From the human T2T-CHM13v2.0 reference genome, Homo sapiens: a stretch of 64,000 nt of DNA. This document shows positions 43,701 through 62,346 of this stretch, one piece after another. The notes beneath the pieces are model-generated. The model made no database searches. It was not told where the DNA came from and saw nothing but the letters and a program-made list of their open reading frames with translations. Location of the stretch: NCBI RefSeq assembly GCF_009914755.1, contig NC_060928.1; one strand, given 5' to 3'. Made by a program: the position numbers and the translations under genes. Positions within the stretch are counted from its first letter, which is position 1; the number at the start of each line of letters is the position of its first letter.

Positions 43701-45989
43701 TTATTGTTTCCATTCTAATACTCTTCAATGCACTCTGAATATAAACCTTTGTTGAAATAGATTAAACAGAAATCAAGGGTGGTTTGATTAATGAACACCA
43801 GAACTCTCCTGTAACTACCAGGTACACATCATCCAAGGACTCTCTAGGAATGCTGCTATTTATAAAGAAAATACTTGTAACAATTTAAAAACCAGGCAAT
43901 TTAATCATACAAAAAATTGCCAGTGATGTTGCCTATTTAACTTTTATGTTATGGGTTCTGATCTTTTGAGACTCATACTCCAAACATTAGTACTAAATTG
44001 CGTATCTTTATCATTATCTCAATGTAGATATAATGGAATCTACTTTGCAACCCAGTTTGACCCAGCAGTGTTGCTTATTAAACACCTATCATGTCTGATG
44101 CAAGAATACCTCCTATGTATCATAAAATACAGTATAACAGAGTATTATTTTTTAAATAAAGAAACTGGGTCTGAACTTTAAATACCATGCAGATTTGTTG
44201 CACTGGTTACAAAAAGAGCAAATAAAATGTTCTCAACTCAAAATTCTTGATGGTCTGATGGTGGGGAGGTTTTGTTATCGCACATAAAAGAAAGGCACGG
44301 TACTCATGTATCGAATATTGAACAATGTGCCACAAAAGATGAATGTTTTGTCAACTTTAAAAAAAAAGATTCTTCTCTATAGCATACACACTCTGCTCAC
44401 ACACACTCCAGCTGTGGAAATAAGCAAATAACTGTGTGAATGACTTTCATCTCTGGCTCTCCACTGGTGGCAAGTATTTATTCATGCAGGAGATGGCTTG
44501 CTATCCATACAATAGGCTTATCTCAATAACTATGTAATACCTATTATAAGTTCTTTTTAAAGAGAGCCCTGTGTGTATTCTCATCTTCATTTTTTTTTTA
44601 CTGCTTTTGCCATACAATTGCTAAAAATATCATGCGACCGATTATATCAAAAGAAAAGTAGTTGAGACATTTTGGACCATATCATTGTATTGTGATGACA
44701 ATGTGAGTAAAGTTCTAAACTAGTCCAGATCTTGATTGACACATTCCCCTTGAGGTCCACCCCTTGAGATCCACCCCTTGAGATGAACACATAGAAGGAA
44801 AGTAAACGGCAGATTTTTCTTTCCTTTGAAATTGCAGCACAACTCAAATTTCTATATTGTTTCTCCCAGATTGTAATAGGGACATTTAACAAGGTAGCAT
44901 GTCACCTGCTTTTTCATGGGATTCAGTAATTGTGAAAGCCAAACTGCTGCAGTTCTAAATTATCCAAAGTAAGGATGCCAAGGAAATGTTCAACAGAGCC
45001 AACACAGATAGAAAAGACTGTTGCTCAAGTAACCTTGGGGCAGAAAAGATAAATCAAAGAGATATCATAGGGATGGCCTTCTCTTTGCTGTTTCTGTAAA
45101 CAAAGGTATGCTAGGAATATCAGTGGGTTGACTGGACAAGAAATTTTGGAAATACAGATTCAGGGTCCAGGGGATAATCAAAAAGCTCAAACATTTATTT
45201 CACCAGGTTATCGTTTATATGTTTCTCCAGAGGAAGCTAATCTGTGATTATCTTCACACACTTTCTTGCTTCCAGTACACGATAGAAGCAGCATATTTAA
45301 ATGAATCCAACTTGATTGGCTTCAGGCAGTACATTCATTATTTTACTACACTGCAGATTCTTGTAGAGAATCTATTCATTCCATAGTTTTAATTATGTAG
45401 TTGTTTAATTAATTATTCAGCTAAATGTATCTATATTGCCTATTCTCCAAAAGCTACATTATACTTTCTAAGGATAAGTCTGTAATCCAATTAGACACTG
45501 ACACATCCTCATTTGTATTTGAAGATATCTTAAATACATAATAAATGAAACTTGGCTCTTTTAAAGATCGGATGAGCACTGAGAAATCTAAACAGAAATT
45601 TTACAAAAACACTATCCTTAGCATGGCTTCAGAAAAGTGAGGGTAAGAAAAACATGACAGGAGCTCAGAAAATACAGCAAACAGATACCCTGAATGCAGC
45701 CAAACCCACAAGCTCCTGGCCAAAAATAAGAAAAACTATTGCAGATGTCATAATAAAACACAAACGTATTATTTGTCTGCAGTTGGTGACAATTGGTGAA
45801 TTTCATCTGTAGAATTTGGATTTGAGATCTTGGGTGGTTAGAAAAAGGATTGGCCTTAGTTCTGTTCATTCTGTTTCAGTGAGTGAAGGATACAACTTGT
45901 AAAGCTAGAAGCTAGCTTCTATTTCATGCTGAAAAAACCAAGACAACCCATACTCTATTCCACTCATCAAGTTGTTTCTTGCCAGTATG

Positions 45990-46340
45990 CCTCTGATCAA
46001 GGCATTCCATGCAAATCACAGGAACCCCCCACTTTCCTAACCACATGTAATCATCCTATAAACTTAGCTCAGCTATCGCCTCCTCCAGGAAGCCTTCTTC
46101 AGTTTCTACTACCTCCCTCCCTATATAGATGTCTCTCCTTTTTACATCACATCCCCGTCTCTATCTTGGTTCTTACCAACTGTACTACAGTAGTCTGTTT
46201 AGTGGTCCATGTCTCCCATGGGAATATGAGCTTTATGTGTGGGGGGAGTGGTGGAGAGAGCTGTGTGGTTTTTCTTGTTCTCTTTTTTTCCTCCTGCACT
46301 TACCATAATGCCCAGTAAATATAAACATTCCACAGAAGTG
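45990..46340 (+). mobile_element. L2 3' remnant
   Basis: cctcctccaggaagccttc...tgtctccc...cacttaccataatgccca is L2 3'-end-like text. Confidence 0.5.
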
Positions 46341-47605
46341 AGCCTTAGATCTGGCAACTCAGATGTTTCTCGTCATTACTCTCCCCATGAAGAGAGCAGG
46401 TACACCACCAATTGTGGAAATTGAGAGGGGAAAATGCAAGACGGAAGAGCATAATTAAAAGCCCCAATGCAAGAGAGAGCACAGGGATCAGAATCAGGGA
46501 AAAGATTAACCGTAACTGAAAGGCCCCTTTATGTTCTTCCACAAAATGTAAACTTTTTGACTATTATCACTGTTTTGCCTATATTGTTTTTCTCCTAGTT
46601 TACCTAAAGGAGGAAGAGGAGGAGATAAATGGACTTAGGAAAGATAGTTGAAGCATTTAAAGTCATCTAAGAGATGGTTCTATTCATCATTAGATAGTCA
46701 AATTTACTCTTCCATTTGAAGCTACTTAACATCTTAAGTTAAATCCTGTATTAGCACACAGTAATGAAAACATATGGAAATTTCAATAGAGCAAAGCCAG
46801 TGGATTGCATCACGTTTGTTAAAACAGCAAAGGACAAATAAATCTAGGGAGGAAGTGAAAAGGATCAAGGGCCAATGTTATAAGCCAAGATGGCCCTAAA
46901 TTTTACATACCAGAGACTTACAAACACTGAGGCAACATCCATTTAAATCACACGGAGAAAATATATTTTTGTTGTTATAAAATGAATATCATCTGATATT
47001 TGACAAAGTAGTGAATTTAGTAACACATTAATGAAAGGAAAAATAGGAAAAAATTTGGCATTTGCTTTTGGCTGGAATTCATCAGGACTCAAAATGAGTA
47101 TAGCAGGAACTAGTTTTGAGAATCTTAAAATATTCTGAATCATGCATTGTTTGGATGGGGGTGGTAATGAGGAGAAAGTTATCTCAATATTTAGCTCAAT
47201 TGTGTGGTATTGTGAAAGTCAATTAAAATCTATGGTGCTACATGAGGTAGAACAAACTTTATTATTATTATTATTATTATTATTATTTATTATTATACTT
47301 TAAGTTCTGGGATACATGTGCAGAACATGCAGGTTTGATACATAGGTATACACGTTCCATGGTGGTTTGCTGCACCCATCAACAAGTCATCTACATTAGG
47401 TATTTCTCTTAATGCTATCCCTCCCCTAGCCCCCCACCCCCTGACAGGTCCCAGTGTGTGATGTTTCCCTCCCTCTGTCCATGTGTTCTCACTGTTCAAC
47501 TCCCACTTACGAGTGAGAACATGCGGTGTTTGGTTTTCCGTCCCTGTGTTAGTTTGCTGAGAATGATGGTTTCCAGCTTCATCGATGTCCCTGCAAAGGA
47601 CATGA

Positions 47606-47958
<353 letters not shown>

Positions 47959-49108
47959 CACATTTTCTTCATCCAGTCTATCACTGATCGGCATTTGGGT
48001 TGATTCCAAGTCTTTGCTATTGTGAACAGTGCTGCAATAAACATACGTGTGCATGTGTCTTTATAGTAGAATGATTTATAATCCTTTGGGTATATACTCA
48101 ATAATGGGATTGCTGGGTCAAATGGTATTTCTGGTTCTAGATCCTTGAGGAATCTCCACACTGTCTTCTAAAATGGTTGAACTAACTTACACTCCTACCA
48201 ACAGTGTAAAAGCGTTCCTATTTCTCCACATCCTCTCCAGCATCTGTTTCCTAACTTTTTAATGATTGCCATTCTAACTGGCATGAGATGGTATCTCATT
48301 GTGATTTTGATTTACATTTCTCTAATGACCAGTGATGATGAGTTATTTTTCATATGCCTGTGGGCCACATAAATGTCTTCTTTTCAGAAGTGTCTGTTCA
48401 TATTCTTTGCCCACTTTTGGATGGGTTTTTTTTCTTGTAAATTTGTTTTAAGTTCCTTGTAGATTCTGGATATTAGCCCTTTGTCAGATGAATAGATTGC
48501 AAAAATTTTCTCCCATTCTTTAGGTTGCCTGTTCACTCTGATGATAGTTTCTTTTCTGTGCAGAAGCTCTTTAATTAGATCCCATTTGTCAATTTTGGCT
48601 TTGGTTCCCAGTGCTTTTGGTGTTTTAGTCATGAAGTCTTTGCCCATGCCTATGTCCTGAATGGTATTGCCTAGATTTTCTTCCAAGGTTTTTATGGTTT
48701 TAGGTCTTATGTTTAAGTCTTTAATCCATCTTGAGTTAACTTTTTGAATAAGTTGTAAGGAAGAGGTCCAGTTTCAGTTTTCTACATACGGCTAGCCAGT
48801 TTTCACAACACATTTATTAAATAGGGAATCCTTTCCCCATTGCCAGTATTTTATTGAGGATTTTCGCATCGATGTTCGTCAGGGATATTGGCCTGAAATT
48901 TTCTTTTTTTGTTGTGTCTCGGCCAGGTTTTTGTATCAGGATGATGCTGGCCTCATAAAATGAGTTATGGAGGAGTCCCTCTTTTTCTGTTGTTTGCAAT
49001 AGTTCCAGAAGGAATGGTACCTGCTCCTCTTTGCTTGTTTGTGTCAGGTTTGTCAAAGATCAGATGGTTCTAGATGTGTGGCGTTATTTCTGAGGCCTCT
49101 ATTCTGTT

Positions 49109-49357
49109 CATATATATGTATATGTGTATATATATATATGTGTGTATGTATACATATATATGTGTATGTATACATATATGTGTATGTATACATATATATG
49201 TGTATGTATACACACATGTGTGTATGTACACACACGTGTGTGTATACACACATTATATATATGTGTGTGTATACACACATTATATATATGTGTGTGTGTA
49301 TACACACATATATATATGTGTATGTATACACACACATATATATATACATATATATGT
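49109..49357. repeat. Compound (TA)/(TG)/(CA) microsatellite, ~250 bp, inside L1 ORF2
   Basis: Almost uninterrupted purine-pyrimidine alternation with recurring tatacatatatgtgtatg sub-units. Confidence 0.95.
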
Positions 49358-51535
49358 TTTGGTACCAGTACCATGCTGTTTTGATTACTGTAGCCTTGGA
49401 GTATAGTTTGAAGTCAGGTAGCATGATGCCTCCAGCTTTGTTCTTTTTGCTTAGGATTGCCTTTGCTATATGGGCTATTTTTTCTTTTTGTTCCATATGA
49501 AATTTAAAGTAGTTTTTTCTATTTCTGTGAAGAAAGTCAATGGTAACTTGATGGGGATAGCATTGAATCTACAAATTACTTTGGGCAGTATAGCCACTTT
49601 CATGATATTAATTCTTCCTATCCATGAACATAGAATGTTTTTCCATTTGTTTGTGTCCTTTCTTATTTCCTTCAGCAGTGGTTTGTAGTTCTCCTTGCAG
49701 AGGTCCTTCATATCCCCTGTAAATTGTATTCCTAGGTATTTTATTCTCTTTGTAGCAATTGTGAATAGGAGTTCACTCAAGATTTGGCTCTCTGTTTGTC
49801 TATTATTGGTGTATAGGAATGCTTGTGATTTTTGAACATTGATTTTGTATTCTGAGACTTTGCTGAAGTTGCTTATCAGCTTAAGGAGATTTGGGGCTAA
49901 GTCGATGGGGTTTTCTAAATATAGAATCATGTCATCTGCAAACAGAGACAATTCGACTTCCTCTCTTCCTATCTGAATACCCTTTATTTCCTTCTCTTGC
50001 CTGATTGCCCTGGCCAGAAATTCCATTACTATGTTGAATAGGAGGGGTGAGAGAGGGCATCCTTGACTTGTGCCAGTTTTCAAAGGGAATGCTTCCAGCT
50101 TTTGCCCATTCAGTGTGATATTGGCTGTGGGTTTGTCATAAACAGCTCCTATTATTTCGAAATATGTTCCATCAATACCTACTTTATTGAGAGTTTTTAG
50201 CATGAAGGGGTGAATTTTGTCAAAGGCCTTCTCTGCATCTATTGTGATAATCATGTGGTTTTTGTCATTGGTTCTGTTTATGTGATCGATTATGTTTATT
50301 GATTTGTGTATGTTGAACCAGCCTCGCATCCCAAGGATGAAGCTGACTTGACCGTGGTGGATAAGCTTTTTGATATGCTGCTGGATTCAGTTTGCCAGCA
50401 TTTTATTGAGGATTTTCGCATCAATATTCATCAGGGATATTGGCCTGAAATTTTCTTTTTTTGTTGTGTCTCTGCCAGATTTTTGTATCAGGATGATGCT
50501 GGCCTCATAAAATGAGTTAGGGAGGAGTCCTCTTTTTCTATTGTTTGGAATCGTTTCAGAAGGAATGGTATCAGTTCCTCCTTGTATCTCTGGTAGAATT
50601 TGGCTATGAATCAGACTGATCCTGGTCTTTTTTTGGTTGGTAGGCTATTAATTACTGCCTCAATTTCAAAACTTGTTATTGATCTATTCAGGGACTCAAT
50701 CCTTCTGGTTTAGTCTTGGGAGGGTGTATGTGCCCAGGAATTTATCCATTTCTTTTAGATCTTCTAGTTTATTTGCATAGTGGTATTTACAGTATTCTCT
50801 GATGGTAGTTTGTATTTCTGTGGGGTCAGTGGTGATCTCCCCTTTATCATTTTTATTGTGCCTATTTGATTCTCCTCTCTTTTGTTCTTTATTAGTCTGG
50901 CTGGTGGTCCATCTATTTTGTTAATCTTTTCAAAAAACCAGCTCCTGGATTCATTGACTTTTGGAAGGGTTTTTTGTGTCTCTCTCTCCTTTAGTCAGAG
51001 GCAGTACAAAATTTTTAATGAGACTTAAGGAAAGTAATATTTTATTCCAAACCTAAATAATTATATTTGAAAATCTTTCTCAAAGAAAGAAAAATAATTG
51101 AGTTTTCTGTTATCTGAAGTGTAAATTCAGATAAGATACACCTGTTGTTTACCATTTAACAAGCATTATTGTATTCTTGTATGGAAGAGCCTCTGTGTGC
51201 TCAGGAGGGAAAGAAGGCATCACCCCTCCTGCCCCTGCCCTCCAGGCTCCTGTGCTCCCATCTACTCTAGGCACCTTCCACTCCCAGGATATGTTTATAT
51301 TGTACATCACCAGAATGATGCTTCACTGGTTGCTGACCACCCCCATCCCAAGATCAGGTTAGCTCTGTGCATTTTTCCCTTTAAGAGGGTATCAGTGAAT
51401 GGATTACATCTATATCCAGACTCCAAGACTATCAATTTTTGAAGCCTTTTCCCCATGAGATTTAAGAAAGAAAAGCACCCGTTCCTCCCCCTCCTTTCCC
51501 TCTCTCTGTCTCTGTGTTTCTCTCTCTCTCTCTCT

Positions 51536-51813
<278 letters not shown>

Positions 51814-54800
51814 TCTCTCTCACTCTCTGTATGTGTGTGTGTGTGTGTGTATGTGTGTGTGTGTGTGTATGTGTATGTGTTTAGGCTTAGGAGTCACCAT
51901 TATTTAAAGGGCCATGTGGGGAAATCAACTCTCTTGCTTGGTTCTCTTGAAATCTCAGGGGCACATTCAGCAGGACTGGAAATTTTTATTCCTTATAATG
52001 AATTTTTTTTCTACCAATAAATTGTTCACCAAATTCTAACTGATTGGAGATTTCTAGATCAATGGGAGAGGGTAGATGCTAAATAATGAAGAATTCAATT
52101 TATAACATTTAAGTGCCCAGAGGTTGTTAACATAAAATGATATAGACTGCAAATAAAAAAGCAATGTTCCTTCCTCCTAAGTAGCTTACCATCTAGTATC
52201 TTCTTCAAAACAACAATAGTAGGTGGTTTAACCCTATTTGGTGAAAAAGAATCAAAGCTGTGAAGCAAGATGTACAAATACCGGTAAGTTCTCCACATAG
52301 GAGGGCAAACTGCACATATTTATGACTAATAGCAGCACAGTCTCCTCATCTTTGTTTGGATTCCAACTCACACAGTCATGGAAATCATGGTTGTTAGGTA
52401 TACAAAAATACTGTATCACATCTAATGCTTGCTGAGTGGGGGAAACTCACTCTAAATGGGACCATAATGGGAAACTTTCTCACAGGGTCTACTAGCTTCT
52501 TAGATTTGGCATGGTAATTTGAGGGTCTATGGGCTGAAGTACTCTGTAGAATTATATAATAATTTTACCAAAAAAAGAGAGAATTAAGAAATTTACACAG
52601 AATTGTCTTTAAAACTTTTTTTAATGTTCTATCACTGGTCAGACTTTTTAACTGTAAATAATAACCTCTGAGAAAGAAAACTATAAATGCCAAATATTCC
52701 TCCATATAAAACTGATGAAAATGAATACTTTCATGAAGTGTTTCTAAAAGGAAGGAGAACAATGCAAACACTAACCTATGCGACATCAACTTCAAACATT
52801 TGAGAGCCAAAAAGGAAGTCAAAAACTGTTTAGGTTAATTTGGTCATTTTAAAATAATTGAAAGGCAAAGAAGCTGAACTGTCTTTCAGGATGAAACGGC
52901 TGGTTGAAAAACCTAGGCTTTAAAATCATTTCTTCTGTCAGTGCATCCAGTGTTCTTGTATTAATACTACCAGAGCCCATTTATCATCGCTGTGCTGCAA
53001 ACAAGGTGCCTCAGTTAGTGTGACTTAGGCACCAAACTCCATGACTATGTGAAAGACCTACCATCTCCCCTTCTATACAGTCAAGATTCACTTCCCCTAC
53101 TCCCATTTCCACCTCACCTCCAATAGAAAATAGTTTAAAGTTTTCTTAGTACTATTTTACTTAAACAAATAAGCAAATAATTAGAGATAAGTCTGCTTTT
53201 TAACAACTTAATTTTATGAGTTATATTGTTAGAAAGTCAAACTAAGTAAGAGCTTCACATGTTTATTACATACTGTGTCTTCTAGTGTGCCTTGTTTGTA
53301 TTTCCATGTAATTAAGGTACTTATATATCTTTCTTATGGAATTGTAAATTCTGTCCCACCTCTTCCTTATTCTCTCTCTCCTTCCACCCTAAATTCACCA
53401 GATTCCCAACATACACATTCAACTTGCAAGGGCATGAAAAGGGTGAGGCCTTAGGGGAAAGTCTTTTTCTTCTTAGTTTTACAACAGATAAGTGAACTTC
53501 CTGATTTATACCAAAATCGCTAGAGATGTAAATAGAATAGTGACGAACTGATATAAGATATGACATTCTCTCCCACTCAGTAAGTACTTCATAACTCACT
53601 GGAGACTGAAAAGCTCCATTTAAGACATTAATACAAAGACTTGAGAAGAATGTCAATAGCTTACTTTGCCTACAGATTAAAGAAATACCACATGGGTACA
53701 GAATGGATTAATTTCAAAGTTGCTGAGTTTAGATAGATAGATAAATAAATAGAACAAAAGATTAAAGTGCACAGGCCAAAGTCATATACATATTCTATAT
53801 CTGCACAATGCACCTTTATATTTTGAACAGAAACATTTTATGAATAGCTCTTAGTTGTATTTTTATAAAGTTTTAAAAAATCCAGTCTTTATAACATTTG
53901 ACTTTCATTTAGTCTCATCTTCCCCTGATAAAAGATGACTCCAAGAAAATATCTGTGGCAAATATCCTAGGTTCTGGGTGGTCCTCCAGGCTGACTGGAC
54001 TACAGACATTTAGAAATATATTCAGAACTAAGTGGACTGCCACCACCAAACTGTCACCTCCATAAAAGGAAAAAAGCAATAATTAATCATCTTTCACTCC
54101 ACAAAGTATATTTAAATTGCAGAATGCAGCTGCTCCTATCAATTTTATGTCAGTAGTTTTTGTCATATTACAATTTATATGTAACAAACAAATACCCTGG
54201 TAATCTGAAAGAATTAGTATGGCTTCCAACACTTATGCCTTACAGAGTTTATGGCACAACTATGGAGAGGTAAAGATCTATTTTTCAATATGATCTCTGT
54301 GTCTCTTCTTCCATAAGTAATATGCTTGCTTGATTTTAAAGTAATGTTTCTCTTTCTCCTTGAAATTTATACTTAACCAATAAGCATGACAAAATGCCAC
54401 TTCTTTTTGTGCATATAAAAAAGTTACGGGGTTCACATAAGTCAGTCATTAAAATTTGTCTTATAATTATAGTATAGATGATTTTGGTGATAACCTGAAT
54501 CAAGCTGTATTTAACATGAACTTAATATCCCACTCAAATTTATTTTTAAAAATTAACATTTAATGAATGACATAAATTATGGTTTATGAACATATTAAAG
54601 TAAATAACTAAAGGTTTAGTCAACTTTCAGGTGAAAAACAAATGTGAGGAGGACCCTTTGATAATACTTTAAATATTTTAAGAGCACTAATAACTCAGAT
54701 GCTTTTAGGATGTATGGTTGATTTATTAATAGCTGTCTGGGTAGACCCTTCAAAACGCTATTTAGTACATACCCCACAATATTATATCTTTCATTAAAAA

Positions 54801-55184
54801 TAAGAAAAATCCCATCTCATTTGGCTGTAGGCTGAGAAACACCTGTTCTTCCTTGGGTTAATTCTTCATTCTGTGTAAGTGGACTTGATGTTTTTAAACA
54901 TACTGCTCAATTAAATTGTATTTTGTTTATCTGTGTGTATAAACAGAGCCAAAGGGATGCCTCTCCTTCCCCATTCCCTATTGTTGGCTGCCTCTTGCAA
55001 GAGAAAACTGCTAATCATTTAGGGGTTATGTATTTGTAAACTGCTGAAGTTGTGTATTATTCATTAACCTGATTATCATGCTATGTCACTGCTTAAATGT
55101 ACAACATGGCAGGGCTAGAAAAAAGAGTAAGGTATTTTACTGTGACACCAATTTGTTGATTAATGCCTTCTTAGTAAAACCACA

Positions 55185-55685
<501 letters not shown>

Positions 55686-56059
55686 AGTAGTCATTATTTA
55701 CTAACGGTCATTTAATTTACATTATCATTTAAAAATTGGTTCCATAATTTTACATATTCATATTATCACATATATTTTAACAGTACTATATGTCTCAATT
55801 TTATTCATAAATACATTTAGCATACAGTTTAATACCTTGTTGAAATGCAAACATATTATGTGAATAATGCAGTACACACCTACATACCCAAGAATGTACA
55901 AATGTGATTATTAAGTTTTCCTACTGAATCCATATATCTATTCTTTTAACAGCTTTATGAGTTATATAATTAGGAAGTCAAACTAAACAAGAGCTTCACA
56001 CTGTCTTCTAGTGTTTCTTGTTTTGGATAATACATGATCCAATAGCTAAAAGAAATTTA

Positions 56060-56541
56060 TAGTCGTGTAGTTTAACAAGGGGTTATGTTCTGAGAAAGTA
56101 GTCATTAGGCAATTTCGTCATGGTGCAAACATCATAGAGTACACTTACAGATACCTAGATGGTAGAGCCTACTACACACCTACGCTCCAGGGTATCGCCT
56201 ATTGCTCCTAGGCTACAATCTGTATAGTATGTTACTGTGCATAAATATGTAGGTAACCACACCACAATGGTAAGTATTTATGTACCTAAACATATCTAAA
56301 CATAGAAAAGGTACAGTAAAAATATGGTATAAAAGATTAAAAATGGTACACCTGTAAAGGGCATTTACCATGAAAGAAGCCTTCAGAGCTAGAAGAAGGT
56401 GCTCTGGATGAGTCAGTGAGTGAGTGGTGGGTGAATGTGAAGGCCTAGAACATTACCACATACTACCGTAGACTTGGTAAACAGTGTATGCATAGGCTAC
56501 AACATTTTTAAAATCTTTTCTTTCTTCAATAATAAATTAAC
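56060..56541 (+). mobile_element. Tigger3 (Golem family), 5' part
   Basis: gttctgagaaagtagtcattaggcaatttcgtcat...acctagatggtagagcctactacacacct; interrupted by the L1. Confidence 0.85.
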
Positions 56542-57443
56542 AGAGGAGCCAAGATGGCCGAATAGGAACAGCTCCGGTCTACAGCTCCCAGTGTGAGCGA
56601 TGCAGAAGACAGGTGATTTCCGCATTTCCATCTGAGGTACCGGGTTCATCTCACTAGGGAGTGCCAGAGAGTGGGCGCAGGTCAGTGGGTGCGCGCACCA
56701 TGCGTGAGCCGAAGCAGGGCGAGGCATTGCCTCACTCGGGAAGTGCAAGGGGTCAGGGAGTTCCCTTTCCTAGTCAAAGAAAGGGGTGACAGACGGCACC
56801 TGGAAAATCGGGTCAATACCACCCGAATACTGCGCTTTTCCGACGGGCTTAAAAAACGGCGCACCAGGAGATTATATCCCGCACCTGGCTCGGAGGGTCC
56901 TACGCCCACGGAGTCTGGCTGACTGCTAGCACAGCGGTCTGAGATCAAACTGCAAGGTGGCAGTGAGGCTGGGGGAGGGGCACCCACCATTGCCCAGGCT
57001 TGCTTAGGTAAACAAAGCAGCCAGGAAGCTCGAACTCGGTGGAGCCCACCACAGCTCAAGGAGGCATGCCTGCCTCTGTAGGCTCCACCGCTGGGGGCAG
57101 GGCACAGACAAACAAAAAGACAGCAGTAACCTCTTCAGACTTAAATGTCCCTGTCTGACAGCTTTGAAGAGAGCAGTGGTTCTCCCAGCTCGCAGCTAGA
57201 GATCTGAGAACGGGCAGACTGCCTCCTCTAGTGGTCCCTGACCCCTGACCCCCGAGCAGCCTAACTGGGAGGCACCCCCCAGCAGGGGCAGACTGACACC
57301 TCACACGGCCGGTACTCCAACAGACCTGCAGCTGAGGGTCCTGTCTGTTAGAAGGAAAACTAACAAACAGAAAGGACATCCACACCAAAAACCCATTGGT
57401 ACATCACCATCTTCAAAGACCAAAAGTAGATAAAACCACAAAG
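56542..57443. promoter_or_regulatory. L1 5'UTR with sense promoter and antisense promoter (the latter fires in the INPP4B direction)
   Basis: CpG-rich L1PA 5'UTR, YY1 motif aagatggcc at 56551-56559; antisense promoter activity inferred from family knowledge. Confidence 0.7.
56682..56990 (-). CDS. L1 ORF0 (open, MVGAPPPASLPPCSLISD..., 102 aa unspliced)
   Basis: ATG at 56990-56988 in strong context gcaATGg; peptide resembles primate L1 ORF0; donors after nt 106 and nt 191. Confidence 0.6.
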   Translation of the reverse strand: MVGAPPPASLPPCSLISDRCASSQPDSVGVGPSEPGAGYNLLVRRFLSPSEKRSIRVVLTRFSRCRLSPLSLTRKGNSLTPCTSRVRQCLALLRLTHGARTH

Positions 57444-58460
57444 ATGGGGAAAAAGCAGAGCAGAAAAACTGGAAACTCTAAAAAGCAGAGCGCCTCTCCT
57501 CCTCCAAAGGAACACAGTTCCTCACCAGCAACGGAACAAAGCTGGACGGAGAATGACTTTGACGAGCTGAGAGAAGAAGGCTTCAGATGATCAAATTACT
57601 CCGAGCTACGGGAGGACATTCAAACCCAAGGCAAAGAAGTTGAAAACTTTGAAAAAAATTTAGAAGAATGTATAACTAGAATAACCAATACAGAGAAGTG
57701 CTTAAAGGAGCTGATGGAGCTGAAAGCCAAGGCTCGAGAACTCTGTGAAGAATGCAGAAGCCTCATGAGCCGAGGAGATCAACTGGAAGAAAGGGTATCA
57801 GCGATGGAAGATGAAATGAATGAAATGAAGTGAGAAGGGAAGTTTAGAGAAAAAAGAATAAAAAGAAATGAACAAAGCCTCCAAGAAATATGGGACTATG
57901 TGAAAAGACCAAATCTACGTCTGATTGGTGTACCTGAAAGTGACGAGGAGAATGGAACCAAGGTGGAAAACACTCTGCAGGATATTATCCAGGAGAACTT
58001 CCCCAATCTAGCAAGGCAGGCCAACATTCAGATTCAGGAAATACAGAGAATGCCACAAAGATACTCCTCGAGAAGAGCAACTCCAAGACACATAATTGTC
58101 AGATTCACCAAAGTGGAAATGAAGGAAAAAATGTTAAGGGCAGCCAGAGAGAAAGGTCGGGTTACCCTCAAAGGGAAGCCCATCAGACTAACAGCGGCTC
58201 TCTCGGCAGAAACTCTACAAGCCAGAAGAGAGTGGGGGCCAATATTCAACATTCTTAAAGAAAAGAATTTTGAACCCAGAATTTCATATCCAGCCAAACT
58301 AAGCTTCATAAGTGAAGGAGAAATAAAATACTTTACAGACAAGAAAATGCTGAGAGATTTTGTCACCACCAGGCCTGCCCTAAAAGAGCTCCTGAAGGAA
58401 GCGCTAAACATGGAAAGGAACAACCGGTACCAGCCGCTGCAAAATCATGCCAAAATGTAA
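57444..58460 (+). pseudogene. L1 ORF1, disrupted
   Basis: MGKKQSRKTGNSK...QNHAKM; premature TGA codons at 57588-57590 and 57831-57833. Confidence 0.92.
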
Positions 58461-58523
58461 AGACCATCGAGACTAGGAAAGAACTGCATCAACTAAGGAG
58501 CAAAATAACCAGCTAATATCATA

Positions 58524-62346
<3,823 letters not shown>

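Noticed and set aside
44453-44473. CTCF-like ctccactggtggca
   Set aside because: About three mismatches at core positions; not supportable without ChIP data.
49039-49500. Overlapping Y/I/H/T/C/V-rich ORFs on both strands
   Set aside because: Translation artefacts of the dinucleotide microsatellite inside L1.
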